Source of the DNA: Diplonema japonicum
Lineage: Eukaryota; Protista; Euglenozoa: Diplonemea
DNA: 64,000 nt
Direction: 5' to 3'
NCBI GenBank assembly: GCA_964019335.1
Contig: OZ025661.1
Span: 558,001 to 622,000 of the forward strand
The first letter of the stretch is position 1, and each line of letters starts with the position of its first letter. A program made the translations under genes and the position numbers. Below, in pieces: positions 25,790 through 38,090 of the stretch. The notes beneath the pieces are model-generated. The model did not search any database, was not told the origin of the DNA, and was given only the letters and a program-made list of their open reading frames with translations.

Positions 25790-26480
25790 TCAGTCTGGAG
25801 ACTTTTTGGGGCTGTGGGATGAAAAAAGCAACTTGTGAGTTTTTTTTCCAGCTGGGGTAGCATGCAAGGGTAAAAAACACGTTTTGCATAAGGGGGTTTT
25901 GCAACAGGGGCACCACGTTTGCACCTTCTTCCCGTACCCAGGAACAGCACAGAGCACCCTCCTCACCTTCGTTCCGTTCATCATGGTCTCGGAGGTGTGA
26001 TTTAGGGTCAAATCGAGACGTTTTGGGTATTTCTGAGTGAGGGAATCCTCATTGCTAGCGTGTTTGCGCTTGGGGGTCGGTGACGGTGTTGTCGGGGGGT
26101 GTGTGCTATCGGTTTTTGGGGCATGGGTGAGCAGCTTGCCAACAAGTTCTTCTTTGAAGCTCGGGAAGCCATAATTTTTGCCACATTCCTTGCTCTTCTT
26201 CCAGCTGAAAATGTTGAAATTCGCCAGGTAACAGTTTTATGAGTCGCATGTAGCGATTACCTTGATGCCCACCGAGTTGTTTTTTCGTGGTTCCATGACT
26301 TTTATTGTTGTCGGGATAACACTGTCGTCAACAGACAACCACTTGCCAGGGGTCCGCACAGTTGACAATGATGTCAAGAGACCTACGCATGAGGCGCAGT
26401 TTCAGGCCTTCCAAATGTTTTCCAGGTTGTCAAAGGTCGGCGCTGTATGTCAACGAATCGGTTTCCTCATTTTCTCAAAA
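25790..26480 (-). mobile_element. Decayed piggyBac relic, inverted relative to the 24.4-25.5 kb copy
   Basis: TPGKWLSVDDSVIP catalytic motif and C-terminal Cys-rich domain WCPCCKTPLCKTCFLPLH. 26055-26190 is a near-perfect reverse complement of about 25330-25460. Confidence 0.7.
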
Positions 26481-26886
26481 TTGAAGCAGGGACCAGCAGG
26501 GCAACAGGAGGACATGGGGTCGAGGCGTGGCACAGCATACATGTCCTTCTAAAAAATGAGGCAGAGACAAGCACTACGACATCCACACGCTGAAGCACAT
26601 CCTCATCAAAGACCCGAAGAGGGCAATCAGGTTCCTCGAGGACACCGAAGAAACAACCTACAAGCCCACTGGCAAGCCCACCGGCAAGCCCCCCGACGAC
26701 GACTAGCCGTATACCTAGCAAGCTAATCAAAAGGCAGCAGGAAGAAAACAAATCAAGTGTAAACAAATAGAAAGAAAAAAAAAAAGAAAGAAAGAAAGAA
26801 AAAATAGCATAAACCCCAACAACCCTCTTCCCCCATGTGCATCAATAAAAAAAAAAAGAATCCCGAGGACTGGCAACCAAAGGAGG

Positions 26887-26923
<37 letters not shown>

Positions 26924-27078
26924 CCATTAGCCAACTGTGGAAAGAGAATACCCATGTCACAAAGGTGCTAGAACAATAACACAGGCCGACACGAAAGCAC
27001 GAACGTCTCAACACACTTCCGTTGGCTCCACACAGCCCAGCTGGGTGGGGTCGGTCTGGCTAGACCAAGAGGAGGTGG

Positions 27079-27111
<33 letters not shown>

Positions 27112-27943
27112 CGGGATGGTCCTGGAGAAGCCGGTCTCGTTTTGCCACCATTTCCAGCAAGTTGTACTGCGTCTGCCTAGCCGGTGTTGGTGTGATCGGT
27201 GACCAACACAGAATAATGATGAAAAGAAACTAGTACACTGAAAGTAGGGGGGCTCACTATTCTGGGTCACCAGAAAAATCTGTTGTTTCTTCAGACGCTT
27301 GAACCACCCGAAGTAGAACAGCAGGAAGGGAGGAGGAGGAAGGGGGAGGAGGTACTGATGTCTTCTTCTTTACTTCTGTTGTCGCTGCTGTCTGGGTTGC
27401 CATCCTTTGCTTTTGCCTGCATATGGCACTTCCACTCCGTCGCTCTGAGCTCCCACTTCTTGCCCTCTTTTGTGTAGTGGGCCCGGTAGTAGAGCTCCTT
27501 GTGGTTGTACTCCGCTATCGCGATCCTGTCCCATCTGGAGTCCTTGTCAAATATTTTCCGCTGAACTACTGGTCAGGAAGATGCTGGGATCGAATCAGTT
27601 TTCCAAGGGTTTTTAAAGGGAAAAGTGCCCAGGTGCAAAAGTTTGCCAAAAATGGCCAAAACTCAAAATGGCGACTTCCAAGGTCATTTTGGTTGGCCCC
27701 AAAAAAACTTTTTTTGGAAAATCTTTTTTGGAACTTCCTTGGAACTCGCCGTTCTTTCATGTCCGATATATGGATTTTTTGAAAAAAAAAATTCAACGAA
27801 CCTTTGAGCAGTTTTGACATTTTTTCCCCTATAGCCCCCCATAACCCCTTTGGGACAGGTCACTTAGCGAATATGGAAGGATTAATAATAATGATAATAA
27901 TAATAATAGCAACACAAGCAACAGGTCAAGCTCGAAGTGTAGC

Positions 27944-30314
27944 GTGGCATACGAAACAAAGTATCTGAACAATGCACTAGAAAGCATGAAAAAAAAGATG
28001 AACAATTATGTAAAAGAAATCCACGAAAGCGAAAAGGAGCTCCGCAAGCTTGAGGATATCAATGCGATCCCTGAATGGGCTTCTTCCGGGAAAGGGCTGG
28101 TGGGGTTGCTGACGGACCTTGAGGGAGAGGCAAGGCTAGTGAGCATGCAGCGCACCAATGAAGTCGACAAGAAGCTGTCGCTACTGCGTTCAGAGAAGCC
28201 TGCTGATGAGGCCCTTGAGGTGCTGCAGGTTGGGGGTATCGCAACAGCGGAGGATCTGGAAGTGAAGCTTGAGGAGAATAGAAGGCAGGCGGGGTACGAG
28301 GAGTCAGGGAGACAGGCGCTGAAGCAGCTGGCACCACACCTGCGATACTTGGAGACCGTCGTAGGAGTGGGCGTTGATTGTGAGCGTGCTGCGAAGCTGC
28401 GGGATTCTCTGGACACGAAGGTGAAGGACACTGTGAGGGAGAAGGAAGCCGAAGGGGTGGCGGCGGTGAAGCGGGCGTGCACGATGGTCACCGAAGAGGA
28501 GTGGGACCTGTCGGCATTGGAGGAGATCGTTCGGAAGGTGGACAGCGTCTTTGACTACTTCGACACAATGCGCCCTGAGTACAAGGAGCACGTGGGAGAC
28601 CCGTCATCACTCCTTGCATCCCTTGCTGGGCTGTGCAAGCACCTGCAGTGGCACATGAATGGCGATGAGATGACTTTCGTGCGCCACCTTCACGTGGCAC
28701 AGCTCTTCTCAAGGCTCGACAGTGCAGCTCAGCAGTTCAGTGAGCTCTGCGCCACGCACAACAACGATCTGCAGTCGATTCTGAAGTACGAGCTTCCCAG
28801 CGTGGTGGACGACATAGAGCTCTCGAAGGTGGAGGAGAAGCTGGAGCTGTACAGCAAGCTTGGGAAGGCACGGCAACCACAGACCATGAGCAGGGTTGTG
28901 AAAGAACAGTTGCTGCAACCTTGTCTTCAAGAAAGAAATTCATGTGATCGCTGAGGAGACAGGGAACGTGCACTTTGCAAAGCTGATGCAGGAGGTGAAA
29001 AGGGAGCTTCAGGGGGGGAAGCGGAGTGTTCTTGTGCTGTTCGAGACGGAGAAGCAAGTGGACGACTACATGAAGCGTGTGGGTGAGACGGAGGACGAGG
29101 CCTTCGTTCGGAAGATGCAGAGGATGGTGGAGGGGCTCACACACGATGAGAGGGTGTCGCGAACGAGGAGGGCGACGACCCCTGGGGTGCTGACCTTTGC
29201 GACTCGTGTACGGGCGTGGGATCGACTTCATCGTGACACAGAAGGAGATGCTGGATGCAGGGGGTCTCCATGTGGTGCAGACCTTCATGGGCCCCATGTC
29301 GGAGCACCTGCAGATCAAGGGACGGGCGGCACGCCAAGGACAGCCAGGCTCCTTCTCCATGCTCGTCGACATCGGGGGGCTCGACAAGTTCGAGATCAGC
29401 AGGGAGCAGGCTCTTGAGGCCTCGAGGGACAGCAAGCTGTACGACCTTGTTCGGAAGAGCAAAGCTTTCTATGCGAAGGACCTGTCACTGCAGAGTGAGG
29501 AGATGAGGCATGCAAAGGAGGACCACGACAGCTCCATGGCATTCAGGCGTAACTTGGGCCTTGGTGGGATGAAGAGGTCCGAACTTGTTGAGAAGCTTGT
29601 GGAGTGGAACAAGGGTCCCAGGGAGCAAGTGCAACAGTCAGTGCTACAGGAAAGCAAGACGGTGATCCTTCTTGACGGGACTAATTCGATGACCCACCTC
29701 ATTCACGGTGCGAAGGCAGTGCTGCGTGAGACCTTCAAGCGTGTCTACTCTATTCTAGAGGAGGCGAAGAAAGGCTCCTTACAGGAGTTACAACCACAAG
29801 CTGTTCGAGTGCTCGAAGTGGTGTGACGATGCTGGGTCATTGTACGAGTTCCTTCAGTGTGTGCGGGCAGAAGGCGGCTGGGGTGAGGAAGCAGTGGAGG
29901 CAGGTCTGCAGCACGTGAACGGGGAGGCAGGGGTGACACAAGTGATCCTCATGGGCGATGCACCTGCCAACTCTGCGGAAAAGTTACAGCAGGCTAAATC
30001 AAGCAACTACACCGTCTCGACCGACTGGGAGACAGAGACACGTTCGTTGACCAAGAAAGGAATCCCGGTCCTTGCCTTCCACCTTTGTAGCCGGGCGAAG
30101 GAGAACTTCGAACAGATCGCAAGCAGGACAGGTGGGCAGTGCAAGGGGCTGGATGTCTCTGCTGCAGGCAGCTCGGATGTGCTGATGGACCTGTGGAGTG
30201 TGCAGGTGCTGCGTGACATTGGCGGCGATGAGCTGGAGGCCATGTACAAGAAGCGCTATGCCACAGGGAGCCACACTGAGGGGACATCGGCTTGATTTCA
30301 AGGTGCTGAGAGTA
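27944..30314 (+). pseudogene. A': internally deleted, chimeric copy of gene A
   Basis: 27944-28870 is a diverged paralog of the gene A helical region (LAPHLRYLE..GVDCERA, LQSILKYE.PSVVDD). 28915-30314 is nearly identical to 14050-15474, with a 2-nt deletion at ~29207 and a 20-nt deletion at ~29780. Confidence 0.9.
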
Positions 30315-32639
30315 TTCTTTGATTTAACCATTTAAAGGACGGGTGGGGCTTTTGGTGACAACCCATAAGGGCCGATTCTTTTTTGAAGACTTGCTTACTT
30401 TGTTCGCCTGTCTCTTTATCACAAACATACAAAAAAAAACTAGTTTGGCGCTCTATTTGTTTGTGCGAAATGCGAGCGGAATTTTACCCCCCTAATAAAA
30501 CAACCTAATAAACACCTAATATAACAACTCATTAGCAGCCATCAACTAGTTTTTAGCCTCGACAATAGTATTGTTAAAACAAAAATAAAAAAAAAATTGC
30601 AAGCAAAAGAAGGGTGTGTAAGGTGCCGGCATCTCCTCCTAGACTGCCCGTCCAAAGCGGCCACGGGACCCTCAGGGACAAACACGTCGACACCTGCTTC
30701 TTTCGAATCCTGCTTTTTTTTCTTTTTTTTTTCTAGTGTTATTTGTTCCCCCCCCCCCTTTTTTTTCATTTCAGCCACTGGGAGCTCCTTTTTTTTTATT
30801 AGGCGATCCTGTCACATACTGCAGGTTCCCTTCAAAGACATCTTTATTTTAACGTTGACCACTGCTACTGGTATTGGTAATTAATTAACTCGGGCTATCT
30901 TTCCTTCCAATCTCAGCTTACCCTTTTTGTACAGGAGCAACCTCTGCTTCCTGGTACAGGGAGGCTCCTCTTCTTTTTTTTTTGCTGCGGATTTGCCGTC
31001 TTTCTTCTTTATATAGGGGACCAATGTTTCCAACCTCCCTGTGGTGGTTCCTGGTAATGTGGTTTGGAGAAACACAAGCGAAAGGGAAACTCTCGTTCTA
31101 AAGCCGTACACGTGGGGAAACCTGGACGGGGGTGGAGAGCCCACCCGCGTGGCGCCAGTTAGCATCGCCCTCAACGGAGAGTCCCTTATCCCATTACATC
31201 GAACAAGGAGGTGGCTTCACCAGGTCAGGCAAGTAGCCTCCCCGCGGCATCGTGCCAGTGAAGCAAGCCTTCCACAACTCTCTAGTTGGTGTTTAATTGC
31301 TTCTGTGGCCCCTCTCCCTATATTTCAATTTCCAAGCTTTCTTTACCTCTCCAATTTTACTTTCTACGGGACCACAGGGGACTTGGGAGGCTTCGGGGCG
31401 AAGTTTCACAAGGTGTCACATACTGCATGGCACCACTAAAATCGAGACAACCTTTTTTTCCTTTTCTTTTTTCTCTTTCTTTTCTACTTTTTTATCTTAA
31501 CCACTAAAGGACCATGAGGACATATGTGTCCTTAAGAAAATTTTTCTTTTCTATGTGACACTTTTTGTGCCCCACAGCCCCTGGACTTTACTAAGACCCA
31601 TTGTTCCGCGATTTCTTTTTATTTGAAATACCCTTTTGCACGAAGAACAAACACAAAAACCCGTCCCCAAGGGGGTTGCTTGGTGTCCTTTGTACTTAGT
31701 ACTTGAGAGCAGCTTCTCAGGACCTTCGGAAGTGATTTCAAGTGCCCAGCACCACCTCAGATGAGGGTGGTGCGTTTGGGCACAAATATCAACCGTATAC
31801 CGGCCAAGAAATGACATGGGTACAGGGGTCCAGCAACATCGAACGGCGACATGGATAGGCTACAGCTTTTCAGTTTGTTTATCGCAAACAGCTTGCTGAG
31901 GTCCATTATCAGCTGTTCAAAGGTGTATGCCACATCCAAGGGCACCACATCCGACGCAGACGTGGCACGCACTGAACACCTGGATAGCCGTCTGGGTTCT
32001 GCCCGCCTTGATGGACGAAGTCTGCAGGGCGGGCGTCAAGGACTACTGGTCTACAAAGGAAGAGATTGCAACGCCTTACATAGGCCGTGTCCTGTCCTGG
32101 GCCGCGCCACATTTCTCCATATCTTCTTGTTGTGTCCACTTTGGCTCACAGGGCAACGGGACACTATCAAAAGTGGAGACGCTGCATTCCCGGACTCCCC
32201 CAGCTGGAAAGCTCCTTCTCCCGCCTTAAGCACAGCGTTTTTCAACCAGCTAAACGCAAGCGCTATGGCCTTAAGGTGACCCGGGGGACACGGTACCATG
32301 GCTTCTGCGACAGTTCGAGCATCGTGGTCACTGGGTTAGATGGATAAGCTTTTCTAATTACCAGCTCTTCTGCTCTCTTTTGAGTACGGGTATGCATGCA
32401 CTTTTTTCGCCAAAACCCCCGGTCTTTTAGTGGTTTGTTGTTATTTGTTTCCCCCCCCCTTTTTTTTCATTTCAGCCGTGAGAGCTCCTTTTACTAACGT
32501 TGACCACTGCTACTGGTTCCAATCTCAGTTTACCCTCTATCAGAGGTGCTACAATCTTTTTTTTGGGGGGGGTGAGTAACAGGAACAATTTCTTCGGGCC
32601 TGTTTCTGGTGTTCGTTTTTTTTTTTTTTTTTTTTTGCC

Positions 32640-33966
32640 CATAAGGGACACACCCTGGACCCGTACTCTACAGCGATCTACAAGGCAATCTCTACTCTGG
32701 GACGACTTTGCACACGTCATTCGAACAAGTCCCTTTTCATATCATGCTGGGAAGCGTACAGGAGAGCAAGGGATCAAGGCTCTCCATCATTTCCGATGGG
32801 ACCATTTGCCAATGCAGACCTGTGGCTCCGAGAAATAGGGTCAAGGTGGAAGGACTTCCAGACGAAGATACTACCGCAAGGCAAACAGCTCCTGAAACAC
32901 GAGATCAGGACGCTGCTGAAAGCCAAACTACGTGAGGATCTGGCCGAAGAGCGAGACACCTACCAGGGGGTCGAAACAGGCATTGACGAGGAGAAAACGA
33001 ACTTCCTCCACAACGAGGTGACGACCACCAACCCACAGAAAGCAAGGAGGATACTTTGTGCCATTGCGGGCGCGATGCTTCCCCTACACCCCAGAGTTCA
33101 CGGCGACATGAACGGCTCACATACGAAATGCCTGGGGTGTGGCACACCATATAACATTGGGAACGGGACCAGCTCCCTACTACAGCATACGATCTGGCAA
33201 TGCCCGGCGCACGCCGACTACAGAACGGCCAACACTGACCGCATTCGGCTGGTGTAAGACCACGTCAGCTGGCCAAGCTGCACCCGTCTACACGGCATTA
33301 CCTCTGGACATAAGCCTGACAAGTGTCAAGGAACTACACCTGATGTTTGCGGAAATTGCGGGGAAACTCGAGAGCCTGCACGCCGAGAAACAGGTCAGAT
33401 ACGATAATCTACACTTCTGGAAAAGACCATTCCAACCGGGAAACCTATTAGAACCGAAACCCCTCATTTGGTATCACAAGCACGGGCTGGGGAAGAAGTA
33501 CTTCCCGGGGCTGATCCCGTTTGTCCTCAAATGGCTGAGTGCCCTGAAATGGGGCAAGGATGGAGGGCAAGTGTCCAAGGCGGAGCTTGCTGTCGACTTC
33601 ATAGCAACGGAGAGAATCCACATGGGTGGTGAAGACCTGGCATGCTGGGCTAGGAAAATCGGAAGAATCCTCAACGTCCTGGACAGGGCACACAGAACAG
33701 GAACTGGGAATCACCTGATTCCAGCAGAAACTATGAAGTCAGTACACTCACTGCGTACCCTGGGGCTCCACAGCCATTCCATCATTGGATACTCCACTCG
33801 TCCAGTCTTCACGTCCCCGAAGGCAACCCACCCGATCCTAGAGGAGCAACTGCGAACTCATTGCATCCTCAACAACTCGCTAGTCGGTTTCACGCCCAAG
33901 CTGCTGATGAGATACTACGACGGGCCTAAGGCACTACCACGACAGAAGGGATCAAACACTAGATGA
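32640..33966 (+). mobile_element. 3' fragment of a non-LTR retrotransposon (zinc-knuckle region)
   Basis: Frameshifted ORFs containing CLGCG...LQHTIWQCP (CxxC-H-C, zf-RVT-like). No RT core is visible. Confidence 0.5.
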
Positions 33967-34084
33967 GTTGATTGTCGTTAGGCGATCCTGCCACATACTG
34001 CAGGTTCCCTTCAATGACATCTTTTTTTCAATTGTGAAACTTTCTTGCTTACCCCTCATTGGGCTCTGAGTTCTCGTGGTTTAA

Positions 34085-34970
34085 CAAATCTTCCTCCTTC
34101 CTTGATCATCGAGAACACTTAGGGTGTTCTTTGTTCTTTTTCTTCTTTTTTTTCGGATCGTTTTTTATTACCTTATGCAATGAACTTGGCGGGGGGGGAG
34201 GGGGGAAAGAGCAAAGACAGGACCCAGCTGCATGGCCTGCTGTCATGATGGTGCTGGGGTACATGGGGTGCGGGAAGACGGAACCTACGCCACAAGGAGC
34301 CGATGAGACACCACAAGAAGAAGCGAAAGGGAGGCGTATGCCCGGACGTGAACCTTGGCCATGGCACCAAATTGGTAAAGACCAACACGGATCGTGCGCC
34401 GGAACTACCTCTGCTTGTCGAATGGCGGTCCAAGAGTGCGAAGCACGGGCAGTGGTGCGACGGGCAGGCGGAGCCGTGGACTTCCTCAGGGCAAGCCGAC
34501 GGTCGGGTAAGGCCGCCGTTCATGCGCTAGCTGAAGAACACAGCGGGTCTGGGGACAAACTCTCGCACTCTAAACTGGCGACGGCCGGGGTCGTCGAAAC
34601 GGAGAGGGAGTGGACTCCAGAAGCCATGATACGAGTATGCAGGCACGTACTCGGCGAGGAGACTAAAACCGCGGAGGAGCTAGGGGATCACATGCGGTTT
34701 GTCCGGATAGTGCGACATGATCAGACTGGAACGGCCGCCCGGGGCATCCTCTGCTCAACCCGGCGGACGTGGGAGGCCCTTCTCCGTCGCTTGATCAGTG
34801 CCGTCGAATGCGCGCTATATTTTATAAGTACATATAACAATCGATTGAAAGAAAAAGAATGCATACCAAGGGGTGCGGGAAGACGGTGACAGTGCACTGC
34901 CTGGCGGGGTCGGACCTGTCTCCCAATCACTTCGAGGAGGTGGACATCTTGCTCTGCGGCAAAGGGGGCC
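34085..34970 (+). pseudogene. B': relic of gene B upstream region and GTPase N-terminus
   Basis: Matches about 15820-16170, including the upstream non-coding cttgatcat..gagaacac.ttagggtgttctttg and MVLGYMGCGKT/VTVHCLAGSDLS.NHFEEVDIL.CGKG. Confidence 0.9.
34282..34869 (+). mobile_element. 588-bp insertion flanked by a 17-bp target-site duplication
   Basis: ggggtgcgggaagacgg occurs at 34265-34281 and 34870-34886 but is single in gene B. The insert has an A-rich 3' end; orientation is inferred. Confidence 0.85.
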
Positions 34971-36118
34971 TTTTTTTTTCTTCAATCCCGTTTCTTGAAG
35001 GGACCAAAAACCTACCCCAGCACAGCAGCAGACCAATCCAACGAGACTAGATAGTGCAAAAGAAAAAGAAATCCACCCCCAAAAAAAAAGTACACTCCAA
35101 CAACGTCAGCCAGAAATTAATAAAAAAAACACAAATGGGGATGAAAAAGTTGAAGGGCCGTAGGGTGCTCAAAAACGACCATGTCAAAATGGGTAAGTGC
35201 GTAGATTGAGCATCTCGGTCGGGACAAAAAAAGGCAGCATCAGGACCCCTCAGATGTCTCAGACCGGGAGAAGTGCCTTTCTGCGGGTGGAGCATCGGCC
35301 TCGAAATCGACCTTCTATTAGTTATAGCACAGCAGCAGACCAATCTGACGAGATTAGATAGTGCAAAAGAAAACAAAACCTAGATAGGCTATACAAGGTT
35401 TCACAGACCTCGCACCCTATGATTTAGTTTCCACCTTTTCCATTTTCTTTCCACTTTTAACTATTAAAGGACGAAGCGCTAGATATCTAGTGATCAAAAA
35501 TTAAAAGAATCTTATGATGGGATACCTCGGTATACCATCGGCGGTTATAGTGACAACACCCGTGTTACATGGCGACAAAGGTGGTGGGGATAACATGAAA
35601 ATATAAGAAAAACATCAGATGTGTTGTTCGCTGTTGACCTCCTCGTCAGTCATCACCGGGGAAGATCATAGCAGATGCTCAGGGTGACGAACAGGCAGCA
35701 AACTGCATGAGCGCAGAATCTTGGTTACCCGGGACGCCCCGGCTGGGGTTGAGCTGTACACCGCACGCATTAAGGACACGGCGCGGAACGCAGAAGAAGC
35801 TACAACGGCCGCGGTGCGCCCCCTGTAATCAAGTAGACAGTTCTTGTGCAGGGCGCCGCCAACACCGGCCTCCTTTAACTCATATATAAGTTTTTGTATA
35901 GACATTTTAAGTACCATAGTCCCTTGCCCTTGCACAGAATGACCTAGTTCCGCGATTTCTTTTCCATCGAAAATCACTTTTGGCCCCTAGATTAACCTCC
36001 AAAAACACCCTCGAAACCAGTTTTTGGTGGCACGAAAGCTCATATGAGCAGTACTGATTCGGACGAGTTCGGGAGTGCCCAAGGAGATTCTCACTGACGA
36101 TGAGACCTAGCGCCAGTA

Positions 36119-36620
36119 GTGACGAGAAGAGTGAAAATATGCCCAGCCAAGGCCTTCACGCGGAGGAACCGCCTTGGGGACCTTCCAGAGAACGAGATGC
36201 AAGCGAAACGGACTTCGGTGGGGCGGAAAACGAAGGATGAGGCGAGCAGGACCTTTCAGAGAACTGGTTCGGTGTGTCAGCTCATCCGATTGAGGGACAG
36301 GAAAGCTTTTTTTGTTGTTATCGACGCTACCGGACGGTCCTCAGCCTGCAAAAATAAAGAGAAAGAAGGTGAAGGAGGATGGAACCTGGAAGAAAACCCC
36401 CGTACCTATCCGGAAGGCGGCATGTACCTATAATAAGCATATGGCTGTGGTGTCGATACGATGGACTCAAAAGGATCGCACCACCTCTGCAGACTTCAGA
36501 GAGCACAAAGGATACATGAAACTCTTCTGGTGGGCTCTAGATGTGACAATAGTTAACTGCCATGCACTTCAAGTAGAATATGGTTCAGAGATGCTGCGGT
36601 GCACCCCCTGCAATCAAGTA
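36119..36620 (+). mobile_element. piggyBac transposase C-terminal relic
   Basis: PIRKAACTYNKHM...KGYMKLFWWALDVTIVNCHAL matches the piggyBac YNxxMGGVD/KWYxKLF region. Confidence 0.75.
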
Positions 36621-36961
36621 GACAGCTCTTGTGCAGGGCGCCGCCGACACCGGCCTCCTTTAACTCTTATAACTTTTTTTTTTAATGCGGTACCAAACGC
36701 AAACTCCAAGTTTTGGAAGGGTGGAAGGTTCACACAAGTTCTCTTCCGTGAACGGTGTTCCCTATTTCTTTTTTTATTATGCCTTTCTTCATCTTAACTC
36801 CTTTTAACCAAGAACTCACAGATTACAAATAGCACAAATCTTTGTCGTCTCTTGTCGCTCGACTGTGAGAGCTACTCCACGGGCCCATGTCGCCTGGCAG
36901 CACAGCGTGGGTCGAAGCGCCCGTTCGGTTTTAGCCCGTTTTGTCCCCCGCCTCGGACTTT

Positions 36962-37260
36962 TTACGACCTTAGCACCCCTTTTCGTTTTGGTTTTAACTC
37001 CGTATTCCAGACCAAGTCCGGCCTTACTTTATGGGTGTCGATTATGGACCTGAATTCCATGGTGAAACAGCGTGCCCTCTCGTTGTCCTTCTCGTCAGCA
37101 GCGTATCGCCCAAAACGGGCCTTCCAGGCAAACGTGGTGGGAGCTGCCACCCCCCCTTATGTAAAAAAACTTCTTCCCAGAAAACCTTCCGGACGGAAAA
37201 ATGTCCGGGTTTTTTTGGTGTCCAGGAGTTTTTCCGTCCGACATTATTCATTTTACAGTA
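36962..37260 (-). mobile_element. pogo-like transposon 5' end
   Basis: TIR TTTTACAG-TA at 37251-37260 with the same cggacggaaaaa hairpin as at 4800. Translation FRSIIDTHKVRPDLVWNT resembles the pogo 'I..N.DET' region. Confidence 0.6.
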
Positions 37261-38052
37261 ATAATAATGAGATTTTGGAGTTAAATAGTGGCGCTTCAGA
37301 GAAAAAATGGGTCTCGTCGTGAAAAAAAAATGCACCCAACCCCTTTTTAGGGTAGGTATTTTGACTATTTTTGGCCATCTGAGGCCATTCCGGCCCTTAA
37401 AAGTGGGAATAAGTGCTTTACTTCCCCTTTAAATTCCACGGCGAAATAGCTACCCCGTTTACCTTAGGAAAATCCCCAAAAAGGCGGCTGCGTGAAAAAA
37501 AAACAGCAGTGAAAGCAGTGAAGAGTGCTGAGTGACTCAAATGACGAAGAGTGAAATAAAACGACTTACTTGCCGCCAAATGAGCCATTATTTAACTCTC
37601 GTTACCAATTGATGTCTCTCAGTTTCTCTTTTTTTTTTTCTTCTTTCAAGCGTCCTGCCAATACCACAGGTACCCTTAAGTTTCTCTTTTTTTCTTTCTT
37701 TTTCTTTTTTGAATCCCACACGACACATCGGATGATGTAAACCCTTAATCCCTAAACGCCAGAGCGGATGTTTGTCCTTATTTCAAAATTTGCTTTTTCA
37801 CTCAGTCTTTTTTGGGTGGGTTACAATTCCTTCCATCTTCGTCAAAACATAGCGACATGGCTGCCTTCACGAATATACTCTTTCACAGGGTAGTAGATCT
37901 TTATGCACACTGGTTTTGTTTCTCTCTCTTTTTATTTTTTTGAGGCGTCCTGCCGCATACCTCAGGTACCCTTAAATGGCTCTATTTTTTTTTCTTTTTC
38001 TTTCTTCTTTTTATTCCTCACTCCCTATCACAACAAAAAAGTGGACAATACA

Positions 38053-38085
<33 letters not shown>

Positions 38086-38090
38086 ACAAC

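Noticed and set aside
27240-27560. Minus-strand coding-like fragment (DKDSRWDRIAIAEYNHKELYY...)
   Set aside because: No start or family assignable; probably a repeat-derived fragment.
31750-32340. GC-richer segment with short ORFs on both strands
   Set aside because: No identifiable motif; cannot support a call.
35020-36670. Direct repeats 35020-35066/35328-35374 and 35810-35885/36596-36670 as possible LTRs
   Set aside because: Short, with no gag/pol, PBS or TG..CA ends; better explained as duplicated transposon debris.
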